A stretch of DNA of 64,000 nucleotides from Azolla caroliniana (lineage: Eukaryota; Plantae; Polypodiophyta): positions 19,778,001 through 19,842,000 of the forward strand of contig JBHGNT010000004.1 in NCBI GenBank assembly GCA_043228905.1, written 5' to 3'. Under the pieces are notes generated by a model. That model worked only from the letters and a program-made list of their open reading frames with translations. It was not told the origin of the DNA and did no database searches. Positions 49,500-61,198 of this stretch are shown here, piece after piece. The position numbers and the translations under genes are program-made. Position 1 is the first letter of the stretch. Each line of letters starts with the position of its first letter.

Positions 49500-52400
49500 A
49501 TTAGTTGTTTAGTTAAAATGGATAGTGAAGTGAGAAAATGGGCAAAAGAGACTAAATCACAAAAGCATATATATAGGGAAGACAAAGACATGCTTATAGC
49601 TGAAATAGAGAAACTCAAAATAGAAAACATTAACCTTCAGAAACAACTTACTGACCTCAAGACATCTAGGGAAGATGGTGAAATATTCTCCTTAGAGGAT
49701 ATTAAGGACAAGATTAAAAAGGTTAGGAAGAGGTAAGAAGCAACATGGAACTAGCGAAAAACGATTGGGTCAATGTAGTCAAACGTAACATTACATGGAA
49801 GTCGACACCACATGATCATATATAATGGTTTAACCAAGTGGCTGGGCTTGGAAGAGGTCACGTGTTTCCCAGATGGAGGAGGGGAAAGCATAGTTGATTA
49901 CCTCATAGGATGCCTTGAAGCTACCCAAATGATTAACTCCTTCCGGGTGGCCCCATGCCCTATTGGTGCAGACCATAACTTCCTGTACTTTGAGCTAAAG
50001 TGTGACACCTCCAACTCCACCAACTCTAGTCAACCAAACCATCACACCACCATACATTTCACGCATGAGCTCTCTAACATCTACTCCCGACATGTTCAAG
50101 CCCAACTCTCCTCTATTGATTCTTCCCTGCCTTTAGAGAACCTAACTACAGAACTCATGCACATCCTTCATTGAGTAGCAATTAGTAGCTTCCCATACAT
50201 GAAACACTCCAATCAAAATAGAATAGGGTCTATGCCACAAAATAGGTGGTATGATGAAGATTGTAGAGCTTTGTACAGACAACTTAAAGTGTCGTGACTT
50301 AGTGGTACTATTTCCTCAATACATGCTCGCAAAGAGATGTGCAAGATGACACATCGTAAAAGACGAGCTTGGGAAGCATCTCAATATTGGGAACTCTACC
50401 ACATGCTCATGAGTAGGGACTGTGCCCTTACATGGGAGACTACGGGAACCGAGACCACAAACACCCATCGAGGATCCCCTCACTTGCCACACATATACAG
50501 ACAGACTCTACCATGTCCCGAACCAACAACCCATTCCAATGCCTTTCACACCTCAACCTACCACAGGGACACTTTTCACGACTTCTAGGGTCACGAAAGT
50601 CATAAAAAATTACAACATAGGAAGTCCCTAGACTACACAGGATTGCGAGCCGAACACATCATATATGCTCGAGAGTGCCTAGCTCCTTTTCTCACTCTAA
50701 TATTCAACCACACCCTCACCAACGGTTTTCCACCACAATGGACTATGAACACAGTGGCCCCTATACATAAAGGAGGGGACCCAATGGACCCAAATACATA
50801 TAGGACCATTATGATAAACTATATTGTGCAGTAATGGATGCAGAGCTCAACGATTATATGGAAACCTTAAGCCTTTGAGCACCTAAGAAGGCTGGTTTTA
50901 GACGAGCCGTCTCCACTATTGACCATATCTTCACACTTAGATTCTTAACTGACCAAACGAAGGCTCGCAAGAAGAAACTATGTTATTGCTTTGTGGACTT
51001 CCGCAAAGCATTTGACATAGTTCCTAGGCAATGGTTGTTTGATAGGATTAGAAGTTTAGAGATACCAAATGACATGATTTGGGCCATCTATGATCTATAT
51101 GAGCAAGTCTCTGGGTGTGTCAGATGCCCAAGTGGCCTCTCCGATTGCTTCACCAGCACCGTTGGCGTAAAACAGGGTTGTCCCCTATCACCGACTCTTT
51201 TTGGGATCTACATTGACGAGATCAATGATTTATCAATGATTTTATTGCTCGTAAGGGAGGCCCAAGGGAGGCAACGGAGTATCCATTGGGGGCAAACAAC
51301 TTAGTCTCTTACTCTATGCTAACATAGTTTTGTTCTTGGAGTCTGAACACGACCTACAAAAGCACCTTAATGCCCTAGATGACTTTTGCACACAATGAGG
51401 TTTGGTGGTGAATGTAACAAAAACTAAATCCCTTATCTTTCACACATCATCTCGAATTAGGAGTAAGTGTCACCTACTCCTCTCTCATAAACCAGTTGAG
51501 GTAGTTGGATCATATATATATCTGGGAGTCAGTTTTAGCGCTCGTTTAGGTAAATTCTCGATGACCCAGGTAGCCAAAGATAGTCTTACAAGAGGGTATG
51601 CATCCCTCTCTCTTAGAGAGACAATGCCACCTGGCATACTTTCAAGAGCCACGGACTAAGGGATGGCTCTTCGACTCATTAGTGACCCCTTCACTCATGT
51701 ATGCATCAGTAGTATGGGCTCCAAGTCTAACGTCCTTCATGTGGACGCAATTAGAGAGAGTTTTGGTGATGATGTTATCACGTCAACTCCGAAACAAATC
51801 GACAGTACCATATGACATTATTAGAGCAGAGTTCAGTTTGCCCTTGATGTTAGTAGAAACACTCTTCCAATTGGTAGTTTTTATTCACAAGATACATAGC
51901 CAACCACAAGATAGGATATCTCGTCAAGCTTTGAGGCATCCCAATCCCTATATGAGTCCAGAGATAGTAGCTCTTGGTATAGCATTGTAGTGTGTTGGTT
52001 ACTTGCAAATGGCATAGACATTAATAACCTACCTCCCCTTAAGTACAACCATGGGACTAATCAAACTTTAATCTCTCATGAGGAACTTCATAAAGTCATA
52101 CACCAAGAAATATGGCAAATTTATACCCGATATAAATGGATCACCCCACGAGACCTAGTCCCATCTAAAATGTTGTTCTATAAGGAACACTTCATGCACT
52201 TCTCTAAGCTAGGTTTTATTACACAAGCAAAATATCTAGATACATTCTTGAAAAATACACTAAGGGTGGCAATTGGACAACTTAGGATATCATCTCACCA
52301 ACTGGAGATTGAGAATGGTCGTACTAATGGAGTCCCTAGAGAGGAAAGGCTATGTAGGTTATGTCACATTGAGATAGAGGATGAGTATCGTGTTACATGC

Positions 52401-52712
52401 AAGTGTCCAACTTATGCCGAGATAAGGGCAAAATACCAAGACATACTAGGACCCTCTCCCACCCTCTCCAAACTATTAGATACCCTGAATATAAAGAGAC
52501 TAGGTAGGTATATCTTAGAGCTAAAACAACATGAGGAAAAACTACAAAATGTTAACCATAATCATTTTAATATTCACCAACATGAAACTAATATAATTTT
52601 TCAGGAACAAGGGGAGACGATGAATGTGGACACACTTACACCACTCGGCCTCTCTCTTGATGAAAATGACTTCCATTCATATAATTTTTATTTTGTATTT
52701 TCAAAAAAATAA
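49500..52712 (+). mobile_element. Non-LTR retrotransposon (RTEX/L2-like LINE), degenerate
   Basis: Coiled-coil ORF1-like piece (49518-49736), endonuclease SIVDYLI..ADHNFL, RT DFRKAFD..GVKQGCPLSPTLF, C-terminal LRISSHQLEIENGR..REERLCRLC..EDEY...CPTY, and an A-rich tail at about 52703. Confidence 0.88.
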
Positions 52713-52834
52713 TAATTTATTTTTATTTATTTTTAAAAAATATAAAAAGTAAGTTTTTGGACATGGTGCTTATTATAGAACCAAGCTTGTGCCTATTTTG
52801 GACATTGTTTGTGTTACTTACAGCCTTGAGCAAA

Positions 52835-55523
52835 ATGTCCTCAAAGTCGAGTGAAAATTCTCTTTTTTCTATTGAGCATGTTGTATTATCTGATAAATCC
52901 TTATTCTCAATCGAGGAATATAGCTAGTTCAATAATAAAAGGTGCCATGTTAAGACCAACGACGATCAAGAGCAAAGCTCCATGTCAATTTTTTCGATAG
53001 AGCCATTAAACTTAGGTAAAACAAGATATATTAAAGTACATACAACTCATGTGGACTCTAGTTTATCGAATGCTAACGAGGACTGTGTCAATAAGCCTCT
53101 AAATTTTCAAAGAGTTCCTCGATAAGTGAGTGTTAAATGATATAATTTTTTGTGTTCGGATCGACAAATTTCAATTGACATATGCAAGGTATGTTTTGGG
53201 AGTCTTTTGTCTATCAAAATTTGGAAAGGCAAACTAGCAGGGGTTGCAACAAAAGTATTTGTCTCTCAATGGCAACGAACAAGATACATTCTTGATTGCC
53301 AATATGCAACTTGTTAAGGACCATCTAGCAGTGTCATGTTCTTAGCAGGTGGAATATTACCTTTCACTTACTACGAAGAGTTGTCAAGTTGCTTTAAAAA
53401 TGGCTTATAGCATCGGGAACATGAGGCTACAGAGAATTCAACATCGATTACTAAAGGGGTGGTGGGTGCCTTTCAACAATAGAGAATCTTCATGTAAGGG
53501 CCTGATTGGGTGACATGTTGTTAGATGGATGGAGATTTATTTCTCAAAGCAATGTGATGTTATGTGCACCACTGGAAGGTTACATTTGTCAGATACCTTC
53601 ACTCGTCGTGAGGTATACCAAGCCTATAAGGAGGACATGTCATTGGAAAGTGTACCTTATATACAATATCAGCATTTTAATCGTTTATGGAGATCTAAGT
53701 TTAACAATGTGGTCATACCCCGCAAGGTCCGAATGAGTGTTTGTTCGATCTGCGCGAGTTTAAAAATCTTGGCAAAGAGTGTGACAACAAATGAAGAAAT
53801 AACAAACTATAAGACTTTATTGAGAGAGCATCGAGAAAGCCAAGCATTGGAAAGATCTAAAACTATGCACCATCATCAGAAAGCGCTTCAATCGCCAGAA
53901 AGATACATGTGCTTGATTATAGATGGGATGGATCAGAAGAAAACTTGTTTGCCACATTTTCGAAGATTGCCCAAGGATATTGGAGATGAATGCCTAGTGC
54001 AGATGCACTTAGTAGGATGTCTTTTGTATTGTCAGACAATAAGGCCTCAAGTGTTCTTAACTTTTCCAAATATCCACAACGATCGTAATCTTACAATTAC
54101 AATCATGCAAAGAGTTCTACAGAGTTGGCAAGGTTTACTCCCACCAGTACTATACGTGCAACTTGACAACACGGCGAGAGAAAACAAGAACTCAACTATG
54201 TTTGGTTACCTGAACTCAAATATTAAGGTCAACTTCTTGCTAGTTGGTCATACACATGATCAAATAAATCAAATTTTTAGTAGGTTCTCCAAGAAATTAG
54301 CGAGGTGCGATGCTTTAACACTTCCTATGCTATCAAGGTTGATAGTTGAAGCTTATACCCCCAAGCCAGATGTGCAACATTTAGATGAAGTATATGATTT
54401 CAAGCACTTCTATTTGGATGGTGATGGGACTGGATGTAGGGTTCTTGCTCCACTTAATAATATAATTTTTAACCACGTCTTCCTCATCCAAAAAAATGTG
54501 GTCAGTCACAACCAGACCATGCTTTATGCCAAACAATACTCATCTAGTTCGCAATGGGAGCCACAAGATGGATGTAGGCTCTTATTGCATTTCCCAAATG
54601 CAATAATCTATGGTGCTGAGCAAATGCCCTATGACGACCATAAAAGATTGGTTGTTGGTAGTTCAATTGAAGGGCAAAAGATATATTGGATGCGGTGCCT
54701 TCAGGAAAAACAGAAAAATATTGAATGAACCAAAAAGTATGTTGGTGATTAGGATGTGGATTGGTGAAATGTCTTCGTTAATCATCAACATACAATATTA
54801 GATAACCACTTTACAGGGTACTAGCCACTACAAAATCAATTCGAAAGGGTGTTTGTTGGCCCATCAATGGCAAGCACGACTCAATTACAGCCACTAGATA
54901 ATCTTGAATTGAATAATCTAGTTCGTCCACAACAAAGAGATATTTACGTGGGACCAAGATTATCACATGATGCAGACGCGAGGTGGCAAGGCAATCTACA
55001 TGAGCGACAAGTTGGTATGTTGGTTGCAACATTAGCTGGGGGTGATAAGTTGGTCCATCCCTTCTGGATTGCCAAAATCATTGAAATTATTAAGGATGAT
55101 GAAGGCAATCAAGTAAAGTCTATTATGGTTCATTGGTATCGTACCTCTTCCAAAGATGCATTTACTGGGGAGTACTCTTTAGAGATGGTTAAGGATGTCG
55201 AAGGCACAAGCAGAAAGCGAAACGTCTACCCTAACACTTGATAAGGTCAACATACTCGTGTATGACTTCTCCTTGACCAAAACAGGCTATCTAAGACAGA
55301 CTATAATCAAGATAATAAAAGAGAAGATGTGTCTGTTGACGTAACACAGAGACAAACAAGGAGTATGTCTCATAATCACGGTGACATTGGATTGCAATTG
55401 GATGAAGACAATGCATTGGTTGTTAGTGATGATGAGGATGAGACCTCACAAAGCTCTTCTAGTTCATCAGGTGGGTCTGAAGGGGAAGGTGTATCTCTGG
55501 GAAGTGATGGATCCCATATATGA
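52835..55523 (+). pseudogene. Second DDD/E transposase (DUF7869/Sola1-like) with a C-terminal BAH/Tudor-like domain
   Basis: ATG at 52835 (MSSKSSENSLFSIEH..SLFSIEEY, matching the N-terminus of copy 1). The 399-aa core has CSIC, IIDGMDQKKTCLPH, QLDNTARENKN and FLLVGHTHDQINQ, followed by PFWIAKIIEI..IMVHWY. Stops and frameshifts lie on both sides of the core. Confidence 0.8.
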
Positions 55524-55805
55524 AATGTAAATATTGTATGTTACATCAATATGGCGATTCACAAATATGTATAAATATACATGTTAGTCATTTTGTCATT
55601 TTTGTATGTTCTCTTGTAAATTTAATGTGTTGATTATTAGGGGCATTTTTTGAAAGCCCTAAATTTATGGACATGGTATAAATCAATATATTTTGATTCA
55701 ATTTATGCATGTGATGGTCCTTTTTGTGAAATGACCTACTTTGTGCCTTTTTCGGATGGACTGTTCTTAAATTGCGACATATTACCTGTTTCAAATGACC
55801 CGGTG

Positions 55806-55837
<32 letters not shown>

Positions 55838-56009
55838 GTATTTTCTCTTATCAAGATTAATGGTGTTCACATGAACATTAATAATCTATCTACTCACACA
55901 TGACAATAGTGGTTTGCCTTGATGAAATCTAGCCTTTTGTGGATCCCTCATAACTCGATTGATTGAGATCTCTCTCTCTCTCTCTCAAGATTGATGGCTT
56001 TCAAGGTTA

Positions 56010-56990
56010 ATAATTAGCTACCACTTAGCTAATGTATTAAATTATGGTAGTAGCTATTTATCTACCACTTACCTAATTAGCTACTCCACTAAAGTTTGGT
56101 AATAGCTAATTAGCTACCACTTAGCTAATTAGCTATTGTACTAAATTATGGTAGTAGCTAGTTAGCAACCACTCAGTTAATTAGCTACTATACTAAACTA
56201 TGGTAGTAGCTAATTAGCTACTCAACTAAAGTATGGTAGTAGCTAATTAGCTACCACTTAGCTAATTAGCTACTCAACTAAAGTTTGATAGTAGCTAATT
56301 AGCTACCACTTAGCTAATTAGGTACTGTAGTAAACTATGGTAGTAGCTAATTAGCTAATCAACTAAAGTATGGTAGTAGCTAATTAGCTACCACTTAACT
56401 AATTAGCTACTCAACTAAAGTTTGATAGTAGATAATTAGCTGCCACTTAGCTAATTAGCTACTATACTAAACTATGGTAGTAGCTAATTAGCTACTCAAC
56501 TAAAGTATGGTAGTAGCTAATTAGCTACTCAACTAAAGTATGGTAGTAGCTAATTAGCTACCACTTAGCTAATTAGCTACTCAACTAAAGTTTGATAGTA
56601 GCTAATTAGCTACCACTTAGCTAATTAGCTACTCAACTAAAGTTTGATAGTAGCTAATTAGCTACCACTTAGCTAATTAGCCACTATACTAAAGTTTGAT
56701 AATAGCTAATTAGCTACTCAACTAAAGTTTGATAATAGCTAATTAGCTACTGTACTAAATTATGGTAGTAGCTAATTAGCTACCACTTAACTAATTAGCT
56801 ATTGTACTAAACTATGGTAGTAGCTAATTAGCTACTCAACTAAAGTATGGTAGTAGCTAATTAGCTATCACTTAGCTAATGTATTAAACTATGGTAGTAG
56901 CGAATTAGCTACCAGTTAGTTAGTTAGCTACTTAACTAAAGTTTGATAATAGCTAATTAGCTACCACTTACCTAATTAGCTACTGTACTA
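56010..56990. repeat. Minisatellite of the palindrome TAGCTAATTAGCTA with alternating linkers (33- and 52-bp units)
   Basis: TAGCTAATTAGCTA-CCACT-TAGCTAATTAGCTA-CT(CA/AT)ACTAAA(G/C)T(A/T)TG(G/A)TAG repeated over about 1 kb. Confidence 0.95.
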
Positions 56991-58129
56991 AATCGACCCA
57001 GGTTCTGTCAGCACAATTGGTGTCATTTTCCTCTTTAAACCCCTGGTCGACTGTGTTGGGCCTGGCTTCACATTCTGGTGCTCTTGTGTTGTTGACTTAG
57101 TCATTGGCTCAGTGCATGTAGATATTGATCTGGTCAATATCAGCCCACTAGTATCACATCTTGCATCTACCTGCAAAATCAGATCATCTGTGCAACATGT
57201 TTGATCAACTTGCGTGACCAGATCATTTGTGTCAGTTGCTATCTACTTTCAAGATGTGGCCCTCTAAACACGTAGCAACATCAACAAATTCCACACTGCC
57301 ATCGTCCTTAGGAGCAATAGATTCAAACCTTTAGACTCTGCAACATCAGAAAACACCAACATATTCACACTGACAAAGTAACTAATAGTCTCACAAAACA
57401 ACATAATGAACATGAAATATTTTCCATCATAGAAACATGAACATAATTATCTTGGAGAAACATCATAGAGTTCCATTACATAATGTGGATCAAGCAACAA
57501 CCAATCTGAGGTTTTACTTGTCCAAATAGATCATAGTAAAACATCATAAAACCCTAGGAAAATCGCTAACAATCATATCCCACTAATAAGTATTTCGCTC
57601 CAATTCAAGAGCCCCTTGACCGAGTAACTGGTCTTGTCCCCGATCGTGGTCCCTTCTTCACCCTTTTTCTAGCAGGTTGCCCATTTAGCCTTGCTTCTTT
57701 GACCCATTGCGCAAGTGTGTCCTCCTTCGAAAACCTTTGCATCACCTCAGCAGCAGCTTGCAGGTCAGCCGCGTCTTGCACTAGCTTTTCCAGTACAGTG
57801 GGATCTGTTTGGACATTATCAGTAGTTGGGCTCAATGGGGTGGAATCAAGGTTTTGGGATTCGAAGAAATGTTGCATCAAGTGTTCAAAAACACCATTGT
57901 TGTGAACCTCAGATTTACATGTTGTTTCCAATATTTCATGGCTTTTCACATCATTACCTAATTCATTACCATCTTCCAAAAGAATAGGGTGGAGCTGATC
58001 TGAAGGAGATGTGATAGCAAGACTCTTACTTTCAGCCACGTTGGCAACTATCTCCTCATCAGTTGCAACGTCATCAACACCAGACAGGTCATGCGCCCTC
58101 CTTAATCCACAAGATTCTACAACAACATG

Positions 58130-59170
58130 GTCGCTAATTAGCTACATCTTAGCTAACTAGTTATTCTTCAAGACTATAACAGTAGCTAATTAGCTACCAT
58201 TGAGCTAATTAGCTACTTCGCTTAGGTATGGTACTAGTTAATTAGCTACTCAACTAAAGTATGGTACTATCTAGTTAGCCACTATAACTAAAGTATGGTA
58301 GTAGCTAATTAGCTACTACTTAGCTAATTACCTAATTAACTACTCAACTAAAGTATGGTACTAGCTAGTTAGCCACTATAACTAAAGTATGGTAGTTAGC
58401 TACTACTTAGCTAATTAGCTACTATACTAAACTATGGTAGTAACTAATTAGATACCACTTTGCTAATTAGCTACTCAGCTAAAGTATGGTAGTCGTTAAT
58501 TAGCTACCACTTAGCTAATTAGCTACTGTACCAAACTATGGTAGTATCTAATTAGCTACCACTTAGCTAATTAACTACTCAACTAAAGTATGGTACTAGC
58601 TAATTAGCTACCACTTAGCTAATTAGCTACTATACTAAACTATGGTAGTACCTAATTAGCTACCACTTAGCTAATTAGTTACTATACTAAACTATGGTAG
58701 TACCTAATTAGCTACCACTTAGCTAATTAGCTACTGCACTAAATATGGTAGTACCTAATTAGCTACCACTTAGCTAATTAGCTACTACACTAAACTATGG
58801 TAGTACCTAATTAGCTACCACTTAGCTAATTAGCTATTGCACTAAACTATGGTAGTAGCTAATTAGCTACCACTTAGCTAATTAGCTACTGTACTAAACT
58901 ATGGTAGTAGCTAATTAGCTTCCACTTAGCTAATTAGCTACTCAACTAAAGTATGGCAGTAGCTAATTAGCTACTGTAGTAAACTATGATAGTAGCTAAT
59001 TAGCTAAGTGGTAGCTAATTAGCTACTCAACTAAAGTATGGTAGTAGCTAATTAGCTACCACTGAGCTAATTAACTACATGTTAGGTAATTAGCTACAAC
59101 CATAATAGCTAAATAGTTTCCACACTTTGTACAGCTTACCTAATTAGCAAAGATGGAACTAATTAGCTAC
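58130..59170. repeat. Second TAGCTAATTAGCTA minisatellite filling an intron of the RING gene
   Basis: Same modules as 56010-56990. Further degenerate copies at about 60905-60960. Confidence 0.95.
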
Positions 59171-60344
59171 ACTATGGTTACAAGCAACAATTTTACCTGT
59201 GTGTTTTCTCCACTCATCTGGGAGAGTTGTACTACAATCCCCCAAATAGAATGCAATAATGCGACAGGCATATTGAAAACAAACAATATGGTATGTGTGT
59301 TGGCATGGTTGTAGGTGAACCAACACAGTAGCAGATTTGTCCTCTACACGTAATCCACAAGCGATGCAACGTGCTTGAACAGTTAATATGTCGTTTCCTG
59401 ATTCTCCTCTGTTTGGTAAGGCAGCAAGAATGTTCATGTCCAATTCTTGTCTGCTCCTTACCATCCCCTCAGCAAAATGTAGCTACTTCTTAAGGCAACT
59501 AACTACCTGTTCTTGAAGGGAGAATTGTTCCTTCAACCCAGCCGAGAAATTTACCGATTAATTATTCCTTAATGAGGAAGATACAACAATAAGAAACAAG
59601 AATCATTAACTTACTTGTAGCTTTTCCAAATTGTAATCATCGACAATATTTACACCTAGAAGGTCCAGGTTCATTGAAAGAACCTGGATCTCTATCTACA
59701 GTTGAATTTTCCTCTAGGGTTCCAGCGACCCCTCAATTTCAAGTTCATGTTGAGCAACCTATTCCAAATAATGCCTCAGTACCACATTTTCATGTAGAAG
59801 TTATTTATAACATATTACATACTAGTAAAACAATAGGTACCTGAATCTTATTTCTGATTGTTGTAACGGACAAAGCGACTTTGCTCTCCATCGCAGCAAC
59901 CAATGTTGCTTTCTCTAAATCAGTCTTAAAAAACTCCAATGTCTCACAGGCTTCATGGACATATTTTAGCATATAGCTAATCAATGTCTCATCTGTATCA
60001 TCGACATTGGCTTTCATTGTGTGTTGGTGTGGCGTTGCAAAAGCTCTAGCAAATGAAACTGAAAACTCGTTGTTGATCGAGATCTCTTGATGTACTTTCT
60101 GGTGCAGTCTCATGCAGTCGTCGTACAGGTCTGGTCATACATGCTTGAGCTTGACCTTGCCTTTCACTCTAGGCACTATATATACTGACATCCAGTCTAC
60201 ATCACTAATCAATCTATCAGTTAGAACAGCAGGGTCAATACTCTCGAGCGACAGACCATATATGTTGTGAAAGTCCTCCTTTGTCTCGCAAAATTTTGTG
60301 AAGTTTAGCACTCTAGGATAGGGAGGAACGAGCCACCTGAAATA

Positions 60345-60700
60345 GAAAATCAGTAATCAAAATTGGTGCAAAAACAGAATTTTTAATGTGAATTTGGTGC
60401 AATATTACAACACTTTGAGACAGTAATCTGAAATTTGTGATCTGTTTTTTTCAACATGTATCAGAAATCAACCACTTAAAAAATCAGAAACCCTAATCAG
60501 AATTTGTTAGGAGAATTGGTGCAAAATTACAACAGATTGCAACAGTAATCAGAAATTTGTAATTAGAAATTTGTAACCAGAAACTTGCAATCTGAAATTT
60601 GTAATCAGAAACCCTAAACCACTTAAGGGAAACACAAACCCTAATCATCACTAAAGGCAGAAATCAACCGTACTACGAAATTCTGTCAATCAGAAACACA
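60345..60700. repeat. Degenerate AATCAGAAA(TTTGT/CCCTAA) short repeats in an intron of the RING gene
   Basis: More than 8 AATC(A/T)GAAA-like motifs between 60345 and 60700. Confidence 0.55.
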
Positions 60701-61198
60701 CCTGCTGCTACACCCCGATCTTTGAGACATCCTTGTTTGGGCCTCCAACAACTTCGCCCTATTCGATTTTTGGGAAAGATGAACATGCACCAAAGTTACA
60801 GACAATTATAAATTAGGAAAAAAAAGTCTTTTTAATCTGTAACTGATACATACCGGGACGAGGATCGACTAGCTCGTGTGTTGTAGCTTTGAAGGTACAA
60901 AAAAACTAGCTAAACAAATAGCTAATTAGCTGGGGCCATTTTAGTAGCTAATCAGCTATAATAGTGTTTCCACTCGCATGCTTTTACCCTGATATCATAT
61001 AAGAAACAAGTGGAGCAATAACTATGAGCTATGCAACAAAAAAGAAGGTATGGTATAATTCCACCTAAGACCAGAAGTTGTATCTGAAAATAAGTGAAGT
61101 CCTTGCCATCGTTTCTTAAGGCCACTTGACGTTGTCATAGAACATCAATTGAACCTTGCAGATCATCATATTGAACACATAGTGTATGGACAAATAAC

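Larger units (their letters stand above)
57605..60900 (-). pseudogene. Multi-exon gene encoding an unknown N-terminal domain, a coiled region, a RING-H2-like finger and an acidic C-terminus, convergent with transposase 2
   Basis: Exons approx. 60769-60703, 60336-59841, ~59780-59615, ~59568-59197 and 58116-57605. CIAC-x14-PCQHTYHIVC RING-like pattern. The phase-1 GT-AG intron 59196-58117 joins EWRKHT|ESCGLRRAHD in frame with ORF 57605-58039. Premature stops are present. Confidence 0.65.

Noticed and set aside
56010-59170. CRISPR-like or telomeric interpretation of the TAGCTAATTAGCTA arrays
   Set aside because: Only two or three recurring linker types occur, and the motif is not TTTAGGG. It is a minisatellite.
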